Counted from the stretch's first letter, positions 1-7,782 are shown. The stretch: DNA of 26,673 bases from a phage (GCA_014436445.1 GCA_014436445.1_4089.1); one strand, 5' to 3'. Program-made: numbers and translations. The notes: a model not told the origin generated them from the sequence alone.

Positions 1-148
1 CATACCTTTCCTGAAAGTTAGTTCCAATGAATAGTGCCATAATTAATTCACGCTTATAGGCAATACCACGGTCATGGGACTTATACATTATCATAGCCAT
101 GTTATTGATAAGTCTTTCGTGGTGCTGTTCTTTAGTTAAAATACGCAT
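1..148 (-). CDS. hypothetical protein, 5' portion (start codon at 148-146, continues past window start)
   Basis: ATG preceded by AAGGGAG Shine-Dalgarno; open frame with no stop to position 1 (MRILTKEQHHERLINNMAMIMYKSHDRGIAYKRELIMALF...). Not in the ORF track because incomplete. Confidence 0.4.
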   Translation of the reverse strand, partial: MRILTKEQHHERLINNMAMIMYKSHDRGIAYKRELIMALFIGTNFQERY

Positions 149-397
149 AGGGACTCCCTTAAAATTAATATCAATCATATTTTATACGATTCATATAAAA
201 AGTCAATAACATTTTATTCGTAATACCCCTTTATCGAAGTCGCTAAGGTTACCCGCCCTTTAGCCCCCTACGCATTTTGCCATAGTCCAATCCCTTTTAT
301 TTCAAAAAAGTCAAGGGATTACCTATGCATTTTTTTAACGCATAATTTTAAAAACGCCTTGACTTTTTTCTGAATCAGTACTAGATCCCTTTACGCA

Positions 398-607
398 TTA
401 ATCCTTCGTTACGCTAACGATTATCTGTGTATCCCCGTAGTCCTGCCATACTTCCACGCCATCCGTCGCCCTGGTTAGTCGTGCTGTCATCTGCTTAACA
501 GTCTTAGGCTTTAGTGGAACCTGTTGCAGTACTGTACGCATAGCATCACTGACGTTATCATGTACGCCAGCAATCGTACCTAGAACGCTGTATACTGTAT
601 AGAACAT
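398..607 (-). CDS. hypothetical small protein (69 aa)
   Basis: Track ORF; AGGAGG Shine-Dalgarno 7 nt upstream of ATG. Confidence 0.55.
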   Translation of the reverse strand: MFYTVYSVLGTIAGVHDNVSDAMRTVLQQVPLKPKTVKQMTARLTRATDGVEVWQDYGDTQIIVSVTKD

Positions 608-675
608 ATGTATGCCCTCCTGATATAGTTAAGGCCGCTAGAGAGCGGCCTATGATGTTTGGTGATGTGTTGTGC

Positions 676-1077
676 TTATAGTCCTAAGATAGTGCGTGCT
701 TCGTTACGTTCCGTCCATAGCTGCATGATGTGAGCAAGTAAGTCCTTACTAATGTATCCGGTGTTCATAGCTTCACGGATAGATACATCATAAGCACCGA
801 ACCCCGTGCGAACGATACGCACATCATTTAGGTTAGTGTTATAGATACCGCCAAGATCAACGGCTTCGAATACTGCATCAACTGAATACTCATTGTTACC
901 ATCGTTGAAGTTTTCTAGTGCAATAGTATTGGATACCGCCCAACGTTTGCAGTTTCCAATGATGCGGCATTGTTCCGGTTGGAGAGTGCCATTACTTACA
1001 GCGTACTCCAGTGCATCTTTACCAAAAGTCCGAGCCAGTACTAAAACGTCAGCGAAGGAAGTGATTGAGAAGGTCAT
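676..1077 (-). CDS. hypothetical protein (133 aa)
   Basis: Track ORF 676..1110 trimmed to the internal ATG at 1077, which has an AAGGAG Shine-Dalgarno and lies downstream of the leader hairpin and promoter at 1096-1158. Confidence 0.6.
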   Translation of the reverse strand: MTFSITSFADVLVLARTFGKDALEYAVSNGTLQPEQCRIIGNCKRWAVSNTIALENFNDGNNEYSVDAVFEAVDLGGIYNTNLNDVRIVRTGFGAYDVSIREAMNTGYISKDLLAHIMQLWTERNEARTILGL

Positions 1078-1095
1078 GATAAAACTCCTTAATTT

Positions 1096-1118
1096 AGGAG
1101 GGAGAACCATTTCCCCCT
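1096..1118 (-). promoter_or_regulatory. conserved palindromic 5'-leader hairpin (representative of about 20 copies)
   Basis: GGAGGGAGAACCATTTCCCCCTC lies between the -10 element and the Shine-Dalgarno site; the same position holds GGGGAGAACTATTCTCCCC, GGGGAAACCGTTTCCCC and GCGGGAACTATTCCCGC variants elsewhere, with stem pairing preserved. Confidence 0.6.
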
Positions 1119-1130
1119 CTCTATGTAAAA

Positions 1131-1158
1131 CATTATACTTGATTCTAAGTACTATGCA
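1131..1158 (-). promoter_or_regulatory. sigma70-type promoter (TTGCAT, 16 nt, TATAAT), representative of the hairpin-leader class
   Basis: Minus-strand reading is TTGCAT AGTACTTAGAATCAAG TATAAT; the same architecture recurs upstream of most minus-strand genes in 1-18800. Confidence 0.6.
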
Positions 1159-1166
1159 AGTACTTT

Positions 1167-1493
1167 TTACATTTTAATTCCTGGATTCAGGTAGCGGTGA
1201 GATCCATATTCTGGATCGGTTTCGGTCCAGTACTGTAAATCTATAGTACCCTTTGCGTTAATCTTGTCTACCAGCTTATTCATCTTACTGTAGACTACTT
1301 CGCTAGGGATGTAGTGTAATCCTTTATTATAGAAGTAGTGGTTAGCTTCACTGTCATTTAAGATATAGCGTGCACCGTTTGCGGTTTGTGCAACGATGAA
1401 AGAGTATTCTACTTCCCGATCATTACCATCAACAGTAATGCGGTCGAAATTGGTACGGATGAAAGCTTTAACGATAGCGATTGAAGTACTCAT
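1167..1493 (-). CDS. hypothetical protein (108 aa)
   Basis: Track ORF; AGGAGA Shine-Dalgarno; upstream promoter TTGACA, 17 nt, AATAAT at about 1540-1570. Confidence 0.6.
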   Translation of the reverse strand: MSTSIAIVKAFIRTNFDRITVDGNDREVEYSFIVAQTANGARYILNDSEANHYFYNKGLHYIPSEVVYSKMNKLVDKINAKGTIDLQYWTETDPEYGSHRYLNPGIKM

Positions 1494-1593
1494 GGTGAAT
1501 CTCCTAACTTTGTGGGCCGTCGCACCATTGCCGCCCTACGAGATACATTATTGCAGTACTGATATACTTTGTCAATACTTTTTCCATTAAAAT

Positions 1594-1809
1594 TTATTTA
1601 CAGAACTGTAGCCCGACTGTGTTCGGATAGTACACACATCTTTCACGCTTACCGCTAAACGCAGATATCCAGGATAATTTGTATGCCACTGGCTCAGGTG
1701 CAAGAGGATTATTTGAATAATCGAGAACTTTAACAATTAAACGGTCCCCAACATACCAGCCAGTTGACTCTTTGATACGGTCGATAATTTCTTGTTTGGT
1801 TAACGCCAT
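1594..1809 (-). CDS. hypothetical small protein (71 aa)
   Basis: Track ORF 1594..1842 trimmed to the ATG at 1809 (MALTKQEII...); the promoter and leader at 1843-1900 are near-identical to those upstream of 1167..1493. Confidence 0.5.
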   Translation of the reverse strand: MALTKQEIIDRIKESTGWYVGDRLIVKVLDYSNNPLAPEPVAYKLSWISAFSGKRERCVYYPNTVGLQFCK

Positions 1810-2023
1810 TTTATATCTCGCTCTTTTGGAGGTGGGCTGCACTATTGCCGCCCTACGAGATACATTATCGCAGTACTGATATACTTTGTCAATACTTTTT
1901 TTGAAATAGTTTTGAGTACTGGCATTACATCCACCAGCAGATAGTTACTCACCGTTATTAACTATCTTATAGATACTTCTCTGCACCCTGTGGGCTAGTT
2001 TTTGTCTATGCGTATATAATAGC

Positions 2024-2056
2024 AAAGGGACTGACCGGAGTCAATCCCTTTTTTTT
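2024..2056 (-). terminator. intrinsic terminator hairpin that also contains a promoter -35 (composite repeat, copy 1 of 4)
   Basis: GGGACTGACCGGAGTCAATCCC stem-loop flanked by A and T runs directly after the stop of 2068..2268. On the minus strand the hairpin contains TTGACT, followed 17 nt later by TATTAT. Copies at 4283-4312, 7424-7453 and 11120-11148. Confidence 0.55.
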
Positions 2057-2067
2057 ATTCTTTTTTG

Positions 2068-2268
2068 TTAGATGATTCTCCAATCTTCTACCAGGATTTT
2101 AATATACCGTACCAGTGATTCGAGTGATTCCACTTCCCGATAATCGGTAGCCGTTTGCACGGAACAAGTACAGCCGATCAAGCCATTGCCAAGCTCTTTG
2201 ATCTGTACATCGATGCAGTTGGCTTTTGCTTCATTCAGTACTGCAACCAATTCGTTAGCGATTGACAT
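2068..2268 (-). CDS. hypothetical small protein (66 aa)
   Basis: Track ORF; AGGAG Shine-Dalgarno; leader hairpin and promoter at 2288-2340. Confidence 0.6.
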   Translation of the reverse strand: MSIANELVAVLNEAKANCIDVQIKELGNGLIGCTCSVQTATDYREVESLESLVRYIKILVEDWRII

Positions 2269-2356
2269 AATGTTTTACTCCTAAAGGTGCGGGAGAACTA
2301 TTCCCCCGCTCTATGTAAAACATTATACATTATCTTGTAGTACTGTCAAATAGTTT

Positions 2357-2614
2357 TTATGAGATATCTTCGATATAGTCGGCCCATGTCATTTGTTCAG
2401 TACTATCGAGTGCACCAGGATTATTTGGATCAAACCATTCGCCATCCCCTAAGTACATTGCAGCGGATACCGCTTTATAGCCATTATAGGCGTTATTCCA
2501 CTGCATAGCACGATAGATACGGCCTTTGATTGGTGTCTGTACTGGTAATGTTTTATGGTCTTCTACGTAGGCCATAGCTTGAGGATTTACCCGATATTGT
2601 GTGAACTGTTCCAT
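2357..2614 (-). CDS. hypothetical protein (85 aa)
   Basis: Track ORF; AAGGGGAAA Shine-Dalgarno; promoter TTGACA at about 2650-2680. Confidence 0.6.
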   Translation of the reverse strand: MEQFTQYRVNPQAMAYVEDHKTLPVQTPIKGRIYRAMQWNNAYNGYKAVSAAMYLGDGEWFDPNNPGALDSTEQMTWADYIEDIS

Positions 2615-2689
2615 TATGTTTCCCCTTGTAGTTAGTAAAGTTATTACATCAGTACTATCAAGCTATGTCAATAGTACTGAAATAAAACT

Positions 2690-2914
2690 TTAGATTAGAT
2701 TATTGATGCCGTTGATGGTAGACTCGCTTTCTTCTTTCTCCCATTGGCGGTAATACTTCCATGCTTCATGATAGGTGGCGATCAGTTCATCTTTTTGATC
2801 CTGAGTACATGCCAGTACTGAATCACTGTAAGCGGTGTTATAGATAGAATCAAATGATTTCTTCTCTTCTGCCAGGGTAGCTACTTCCCGCATCAGTTCA
2901 TCAAAGTTAGCCAT
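2690..2914 (-). CDS. hypothetical small protein (74 aa)
   Basis: Track ORF 2690..2959 trimmed to the ATG at 2914 (MANFDELM...); the longer form would read through the leader hairpin at 2931-2953. AAGGAG Shine-Dalgarno. Confidence 0.6.
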   Translation of the reverse strand: MANFDELMREVATLAEEKKSFDSIYNTAYSDSVLACTQDQKDELIATYHEAWKYYRQWEKEESESTINGINNLI

Positions 2915-2982
2915 TTTAGTACTCCTTATTAGTGGGGGAGGATATCTCCCCCTATGCAAAACATTATACTTTGTTTTAGTTA

Positions 2983-3246
2983 TTATGCAAGTACTTTTTT
3001 CATATAAACATTGTATTCTACACCGCCGTAACCTTCGCAGATGATATGTTTTGAGTTATCACGTTTGCACATCGTAAAGGCATCGTTGACGTGTTTTGCA
3101 TTTTCCAGGGCAACATCACCGATAGCGGCACATACTGAACTAATAACGATATTCCGCAAAGTACTGGTATCATTAGCGGTCATAGTAGTTTGCAGTACTA
3201 CGTTGTCGTATACGTGTGCATTGATAGTGATTTCGATAGTGTTCAT
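2983..3246 (-). CDS. hypothetical protein (87 aa)
   Basis: Track ORF; AGGAGA Shine-Dalgarno; hairpin leader and TTGCAT/TATAAT promoter at 3266-3330. Confidence 0.6.
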   Translation of the reverse strand: MNTIEITINAHVYDNVVLQTTMTANDTSTLRNIVISSVCAAIGDVALENAKHVNDAFTMCKRDNSKHIICEGYGGVEYNVYMKKVLA

Positions 3247-3334
3247 GGTGTATCTCCTGGACTTGAGGGGAAACCATTTCCCCCCTCTCGATATAAAACA
3301 TTATACGTTAATCTAACTACAATGCAAGTACTTT

Positions 3335-3526
3335 TTAAATTTTATTTCCGATATAGTCCGGCCTATTCTTTTCGGTCATACGCTTTGCTAATGTTTGCAT
3401 ATAGCTTATCGCGTTTAAGGTGTCTTCCTCCAGGGATGAATCAACATAATCAGGATCATTCTTCACCTTGCAATGATTATGATAGCGTAGTACTGCCAGT
3501 ACTTTTTTAACTTCTTCAACTGTCAT
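3335..3526 (-). CDS. hypothetical small protein (63 aa), overlaps the upstream stop by 4 nt
   Basis: Track ORF; start and stop overlap with 3523..3795 suggests translational coupling. Confidence 0.5.
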   Translation of the reverse strand: MTVEEVKKVLAVLRYHNHCKVKNDPDYVDSSLEEDTLNAISYMQTLAKRMTEKNRPDYIGNKI

Positions 3527-3795
3527 AATAAGTATTCCACTTCGTTAGCTTTCAGGTTAGTATCGATCATCAGTGGTTTTTTGTAGTCCACAAAACGATT
3601 AGTTTTCTCGATAGCGAAGCCCATATAATCCAGTTTGCTTACAGTACATTCATTCTTAAAAACTTCTTTCGCGGCATTGATGGCTGATTCAATTGATAAC
3701 CGCCCATCTAAATTAATGTTACCAAATGATCCACCAGCAGAAGTAGGATTACCGTTCATATCTTTAATAATCATAGTAGCGGAGTAGCTGGACAT
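3523..3795 (-). CDS. hypothetical protein (90 aa), first gene of a two-gene operon
   Basis: Track ORF; leader hairpin GGGGAGAACTATTCTCCCC and TTGACA/TATAAT promoter at 3816-3880. Confidence 0.6.
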   Translation of the reverse strand: MSSYSATMIIKDMNGNPTSAGGSFGNINLDGRLSIESAINAAKEVFKNECTVSKLDYMGFAIEKTNRFVDYKKPLMIDTNLKANEVEYLL

Positions 3796-3878
3796 AATTT
3801 TGTTTCCTTTTATTGTGGGGAGAACTATTCTCCCCTTGATGTAAACTATTATACAGTACTGATATACTTTGTCAATAC

Positions 3879-4100
3879 TTAATTACGTTTAAAATGATAT
3901 GTACCGTTATCATCCTGTACGCCCCATACTGATTTACCATCAACACCAGTGAAGCCGGATTGTAATTCAATATGGAAACCATTATTATCAACTACAAAAA
4001 CTTTTTTATTTTCATCCCGATAACATTGATATTCTGAATCAACATTAAAGGCCGCATCATTCAGAAGATTGGAAGCGTAAATGCAAGTCATTGTAGTCAT
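3879..4100 (-). CDS. hypothetical small protein (73 aa)
   Basis: Track ORF 3879..4175 trimmed to the ATG at 4100, which has an AAGGAA Shine-Dalgarno; the longer form overlaps the leader hairpin at 4118-4140. Confidence 0.55.
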   Translation of the reverse strand: MTTMTCIYASNLLNDAAFNVDSEYQCYRDENKKVFVVDNNGFHIELQSGFTGVDGKSVWGVQDDNGTYHFKRN

Positions 4101-4321
4101 GATTTTATTCCTTATTGCCAGGGAGAACCGTTTCCCCCTCTCGATATAAAACATTATACTTGATTCTAAGTACAATGCAAGTACTTTTTATCAAATAGTT
4201 TTCAGTACTGAATACTTATATAATATATACATTTATGCACCCTGTGGGTCAGTGAGCTATCTCTCAATGAATATATAATAGCAAAGGGACTGACCGGAGT
4301 CAATCCCTTTTTTAATCTTTT

Positions 4322-4906
4322 TTATCGTGTTATAGTTACGGCTTTTACATCACGCTTTTTATAGTACTGATTCCAGATATTGCGGGTTAAACCGTAATCA
4401 AGTACTTTAATAAGGCCGTTGCGATCCTGGCCGATATTCTGTTTTCTGATATCTCTTATCGTCAGTGTTGATAAGGTATCATCAACGTGTTGTAGTGCAT
4501 CAGCAAAGCGGTGCTGGCGTTCAATGGCATTACGTTTAATATTGTACTTTAATTCGTTGCACGCGTTAACGTGCTTTACACTGCCTTTACTTGCAGTACT
4601 CAACCGATCCATAACAATAAACATATTATCAGGATCGCTTAAATGCATATGCACTTTAGCGAAGAACTGTTTCAACTGAGGGCGGTCATAGTCTAAAAAA
4701 TTCCATACCCTACATTCTGTTTCATTTTGTTCTACACCCGCATCACAATTCGCGACCTTGATCACTAACCGATCATTTAAAGCGAATACAATACGGGAAG
4801 AACCCGCACCGATGATCTCCAGACCAGCTAACCGACAAGCTGAAAGGATCTCTTTGTTGGTTTCCATTTCTGACAGTGTACGGATGAATTTAGTATAATT
4901 ACGCAT
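4322..4906 (-). CDS. minimal protein-kinase-like protein (194 aa)
   Basis: Track ORF trimmed to the ATG at 4906 (AAGGAG Shine-Dalgarno). Motifs in order: glycine-rich loop IIGAGSSRIVF, beta3 lysine LVIKV, catalytic-loop-like IRDIRKQNIG (compare HRDLKPENI), DYG about 20 residues later (compare DFG). The protein ends soon after DYG. Confidence 0.55.
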   Translation of the reverse strand: MRNYTKFIRTLSEMETNKEILSACRLAGLEIIGAGSSRIVFALNDRLVIKVANCDAGVEQNETECRVWNFLDYDRPQLKQFFAKVHMHLSDPDNMFIVMDRLSTASKGSVKHVNACNELKYNIKRNAIERQHRFADALQHVDDTLSTLTIRDIRKQNIGQDRNGLIKVLDYGLTRNIWNQYYKKRDVKAVTITR

Positions 4907-4937
4907 TGTTTTATCTCCTTGAGTTAATGAAACTATA

Positions 4938-5180
4938 TTACAGTACTTTACTATCAATGGCAACTACTTTTTTAACACTTACAGCGTGAATCACTTCCTT
5001 AGTGTTTTTAGTACTGAATACTTTCGCTGTTCCTTGTTCTACTGCAATGCGATAACGACCGTTAACATCAACCATATTAATAAAGTCCGGTGTACTAAAC
5101 CGAGTAGTACGGCATTTCAGTACTGTTAACAGTTCCACCAGCGATGTAGTTTCTTTGATACGTTTTTCTAAAGTAATCAT
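4938..5180 (-). CDS. hypothetical protein (80 aa)
   Basis: Track ORF; second promoter class (TTGACAGTACTCAAATGTTTTAGTACTATG...) at 5195-5240, repeated at 5470-5520. Confidence 0.55.
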   Translation of the reverse strand: MITLEKRIKETTSLVELLTVLKCRTTRFSTPDFINMVDVNGRYRIAVEQGTAKVFSTKNTKEVIHAVSVKKVVAIDSKVL

Positions 5181-5238
5181 TTTGTTTTCCCCCGTGTTGG
5201 TATAGATACATAGTACTAAAACATTTGAGTACTGTCAA

Positions 5239-5457
5239 TTAGATAATATTATATTTCTTAAAATAAAATGCGTCCTGTGTTGGTTGATACTCGATACCGT
5301 TCCCGTTATTGACTTCAACTAATAAACCTTTGTCAATTAGTTTTTTAATAGTACGATACCCCTGTTGAAAATTGGTAAAATGTGAATCATTACGAAAGGT
5401 ATAACCGTGCTTAACTGCTTCATCAATAGTTTTCTTTTCGATTTTAGATAATTTCAT
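5239..5457 (-). CDS. hypothetical small protein (72 aa), possibly a winged-helix DNA-binding protein
   Basis: Track ORF trimmed to the ATG at 5457 (MKLSKIEKKTIDEAVKHGYTF...); the TIKKLIDKGLLVEV segment resembles a winged-helix recognition helix and wing. Weak. Confidence 0.45.
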   Translation of the reverse strand: MKLSKIEKKTIDEAVKHGYTFRNDSHFTNFQQGYRTIKKLIDKGLLVEVNNGNGIEYQPTQDAFYFKKYNII

Positions 5458-5513
5458 TTTGTTTCTCTCTCTGTGTTGGTATAGATACATAATACTAAAA
5501 CAATTGAGTACTG

Positions 5514-5768
5514 TCAACGTGATATTAGTTTTATTTTTTTATTGTATTGTTGGTGTTCATATAGATTAATTTTTCCAGTACTCTCGATCACTATTCTATT
5601 GTTAGTGTCTACGTCGATTACACGTAGTTTCCCGTTGCTTAACTTCCTAGGCAATAGACTACCATTAATAAACTCATTAGCAAGCTGTACGGCCTTTGTG
5701 ATGATTCTCTGTGGGGCTTTATAGTGTACCCGTAATACATTATCGTTTGATAGTTGAACCTTAATCAT
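5514..5768 (-). CDS. hypothetical protein (84 aa)
   Basis: Track ORF; preceded by the hairpin at 5783-5807. Confidence 0.5.
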   Translation of the reverse strand: MIKVQLSNDNVLRVHYKAPQRIITKAVQLANEFINGSLLPRKLSNGKLRVIDVDTNNRIVIESTGKINLYEHQQYNKKIKLISR

Positions 5769-5782
5769 TTTGTTTATCCTAT

Positions 5783-5807
5783 AAAAAAGGCGGGAACAGT
5801 TCCCGCC
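5783..5807 (-). terminator. intrinsic terminator or attenuator hairpin
   Basis: GGCGGGAACAGTTCCCGCC followed on the minus strand by TTTTTTAT, between the stop of 5831..6226 and the start of 5514..5768. Confidence 0.5.
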
Positions 5808-5830
5808 GTGTTGTTAGTACTGCAAAGTTA

Positions 5831-6226
5831 TTAGATAACCTGGCGGCGTTTACTGTATACTGTTACACGGTTTCCTTTACGGTCATGACGGATCTCTTTC
5901 TGGTTACGAATCAGTTCACTTGGACGCTTAAGGTTTGCCAGGTGATCCGCGTGAGTCCATGCATTTGCGTTAACTGTAACTTCAATATCAGAACCTTTCA
6001 AAAAGTCATCTTGAGCGTTCAGTACTTCAGCCAGTTCTTGAGCTTGCTTTAGTTCTGCTGCTGTAAGTACAGGCTCAGGTGAATTCACAATATCAGAGAT
6101 CTCTTTGAACTGTACCGCCCAGCGTTGTCCTTTCGGTGCATCTTTGCCCATGTCTTTAAATGTTTCACCTTCTTCACGGGCAACGATGCGAGCTTGTTCA
6201 CGGGTAGCGAAGAATTTAGTAATCAT
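5831..6226 (-). CDS. hypothetical protein (131 aa), paralog of 17753..18019
   Basis: Track ORF trimmed to the ATG at 6226 (AGGATG Shine-Dalgarno). Shares FATRExARI.AR..G.TFKDMG...G.RWAV and HDRKGNRVTVYS with 17753..18019, and the two promoter regions are near-identical. Confidence 0.6.
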   Translation of the reverse strand: MITKFFATREQARIVAREEGETFKDMGKDAPKGQRWAVQFKEISDIVNSPEPVLTAAELKQAQELAEVLNAQDDFLKGSDIEVTVNANAWTHADHLANLKRPSELIRNQKEIRHDRKGNRVTVYSKRRQVI

Positions 6227-6325
6227 GGTGTACATCCTATTAGTTAAGTTAATTAGTACTACAAGTTAGAGTCTATTATAAAGTACTATCTGGGCAATGT
6301 CAAATAGTACTTTAAATGGATTCTA

Positions 6326-6649
6326 TTACATGTCTTTCTTACGTTTTACATCGTAGTAACGAACTGTAATTTCTTTGTTGATCTCTTCCTCGATGCGGTG
6401 AATAACTTTTTCTTTCGGGTTGAAACCTATAACGGTTTCTTTAATGATCTCCAAGCCCGTGTATTCGCCTTGTGTACCGTAACCGTAAGTAAAGGTTTCA
6501 TGTCCCAGGTCTTCCCAGCGGTCACCAATCAATGCAGACACGTAGCATGAGTGGTAAGTATTGCCGTGGCTATCAGTCCACCGATTAACTTTAATGTCAA
6601 AGGAAGTTACAATTTTCATTTCTACTTTCTGGGTAAGGATCATAGTCAT
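6326..6649 (-). CDS. hypothetical protein (107 aa), paralog of 12703..13047
   Basis: Track ORF; shared motifs RW...GNTY.S, Y.YGYG and a C-terminal DVKRKKD(M/L); leader hairpin at 6671-6695. Confidence 0.6.
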   Translation of the reverse strand: MTMILTQKVEMKIVTSFDIKVNRWTDSHGNTYHSCYVSALIGDRWEDLGHETFTYGYGTQGEYTGLEIIKETVIGFNPKEKVIHRIEEEINKEITVRYYDVKRKKDM

Positions 6650-6736
6650 TTTAATTTCTCTCTTTTTGTTAGGAGGGGAACCATTCCCCTCACTTGATGT
6701 AAACTATTATACAGTACTAAGATACTTTGTCAATAC

Positions 6737-6871
6737 TTATTTGTTTTCTTTTCGTAATTTCTTTTCAGCTTCAACTACATTACGATTTGTGCAAACCACT
6801 TCATCGGATAAATCTAACTTCCAGCCAGCCAGGGGATTGGTTGCTTTTTTAGTGTTGTTTGCTGCTTTCAT
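6737..6871 (-). CDS. hypothetical small protein (44 aa; MKAANNTKKATNPLAGWKLDLSDEVVCTNRNVVEAEKKLRKENK)
   Basis: Not in the track (under 60 aa). Own promoter TTGACAATAGTTTTTAGTACTGTATAAT at 6890-6935 and an AAGGAAACATC Shine-Dalgarno before the ATG. Confidence 0.4.
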   Translation of the reverse strand: MKAANNTKKATNPLAGWKLDLSDEVVCTNRNVVEAEKKLRKENK

Positions 6872-6938
6872 GATGTTTCCTTATTAATTAAGATGTAAAC
6901 TATTATACAGTACTAAAAACTATTGTCAAACTATTTTA

Positions 6939-7139
6939 TCAAATTGTTTCCCATTTCATGTTACCCGCTTTACGCTGTGCAACAGGAATAAACATGTTAT
7001 TAATGTTACTAATATAACCGACCTGTAAGTCACGCTGTGAACCATACGCCCGACTTGCTGCATTTTTAGCACCGCGTTCTGATTTATAAACGCCGCTGGA
7101 TACTGTAAAGCCTACTACACCGAAAGTAAAATGTTTCAT
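6939..7139 (-). CDS. hypothetical small protein (66 aa)
   Basis: Track ORF; AAAGAGGAA Shine-Dalgarno; promoter TTGACA, 16 nt, TATAAT at 7160-7195. Confidence 0.55.
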   Translation of the reverse strand: MKHFTFGVVGFTVSSGVYKSERGAKNAASRAYGSQRDLQVGYISNINNMFIPVAQRKAGNMKWETI

Positions 7140-7205
7140 TTTGTATTCCTCTTTGTGGTTTATGTAAGTATTATACTCGTTTAATTTCTATTGTCAAACT
7201 ATTTT

Positions 7206-7281
7206 ATCAGGGGAGGTTTTCGTATGTCTTACTCCTGGACTACTTAACGGGGAGTTACTTGTTTCGTTCCCCGTCCTGATG
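7206..7281 (-). ncRNA. candidate structured RNA or leader element, copy 1 (copy 2 at 17522-17597)
   Basis: A ~76-nt element bounded by the inverted termini ATCAGG...CCTGAT, with an internal CGGGGA...TCCCCG stem, transcribed from the TTGCAT/TATAAT promoter at about 7283-7320. It differs from the 17522-17597 copy at only 4 positions. Confidence 0.35.
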
Positions 7282-7462
7282 TAAAACATTATACTTGATT
7301 CTAAGTACAATGCAAGTACTTTTTAAAAATAGTTTTCAGTACTTGATAGTACTAGCCACCAGCATATAATAGATACATTTATGCACCCTGTGGGCTGATT
7401 TGTTTCTATGCGTATATAATAGCAAAGGGACTGACCGGAGTCAATCCCTTTTTTAAATCTTT

Positions 7463-7612
7463 TTAAACTTGTTTTGGGTTGCGATATGTGATAGCGTTCG
7501 GGTACATTTGTTTAATGTTATTCCATGCCTGGTTAACATTGTAACCACTTGATCGAATCAGTTGGTTACTACCGACACCTTGAAACACTACTTCAAATAA
7601 GAATTCTTTCAT
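7463..7612 (-). CDS. hypothetical small protein (49 aa)
   Basis: Not in the track. GAGGTG Shine-Dalgarno; followed by the terminator repeat at 7424-7453. Confidence 0.4.
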   Translation of the reverse strand: MKEFLFEVVFQGVGSNQLIRSSGYNVNQAWNNIKQMYPNAITYRNPKQV

Positions 7613-7782
7613 GCTTTCACCTCGCTATCTGCTTTGCCTTTACGCCAGGCCGTTGCTAATTGTTCGCGTTGCCATAAGTCGAGTGATACGTAAAGTTTTG
7701 CATTATCACCCTTCGGATATTCGCCAGTAGTGCCTAACCGATAAAACAGATCTTTCAGTACTGATAATTCTACTTGGATCAT
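7609..7782 (-). CDS. hypothetical small protein (57 aa)
   Basis: Not in the track. AGGAG Shine-Dalgarno; ATGA overlap with the downstream ORF. Confidence 0.4.
   Translation of the reverse strand: MIQVELSVLKDLFYRLGTTGEYPKGDNAKLYVSLDLWQREQLATAWRKGKADSEVKA

Noticed and set aside
893-1177. Plus-strand track ORFs inside the minus-strand gene block (for example 893..1177, 1396..1590, 3041..3316, 3190..3510, 4419..4679, 11322..11756, 14375..14620, 18363..18650, 18773..18988)
   Set aside because: They are antisense to minus-strand genes that have promoters and Shine-Dalgarno sites, they lack their own translation signals, and several run through promoter or hairpin elements.
2010-2056. Plus-strand reading of the terminator repeat as a TATAAT promoter driving a tiny hairpin RNA
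   Set aside because: There is no acceptable -35 on the plus strand and the product would be only the hairpin; the minus-strand reading as terminator plus embedded promoter fits the gene layout.
2915-2959. N-terminal extensions of track ORFs (2690..2959, 3879..4175, 11373..11555, 11609..11902, 15652..15903, 16547..16816 and others)
   Set aside because: The extensions read through the conserved leader hairpin or the promoter; an internal ATG with a proper Shine-Dalgarno lies just downstream in each case.
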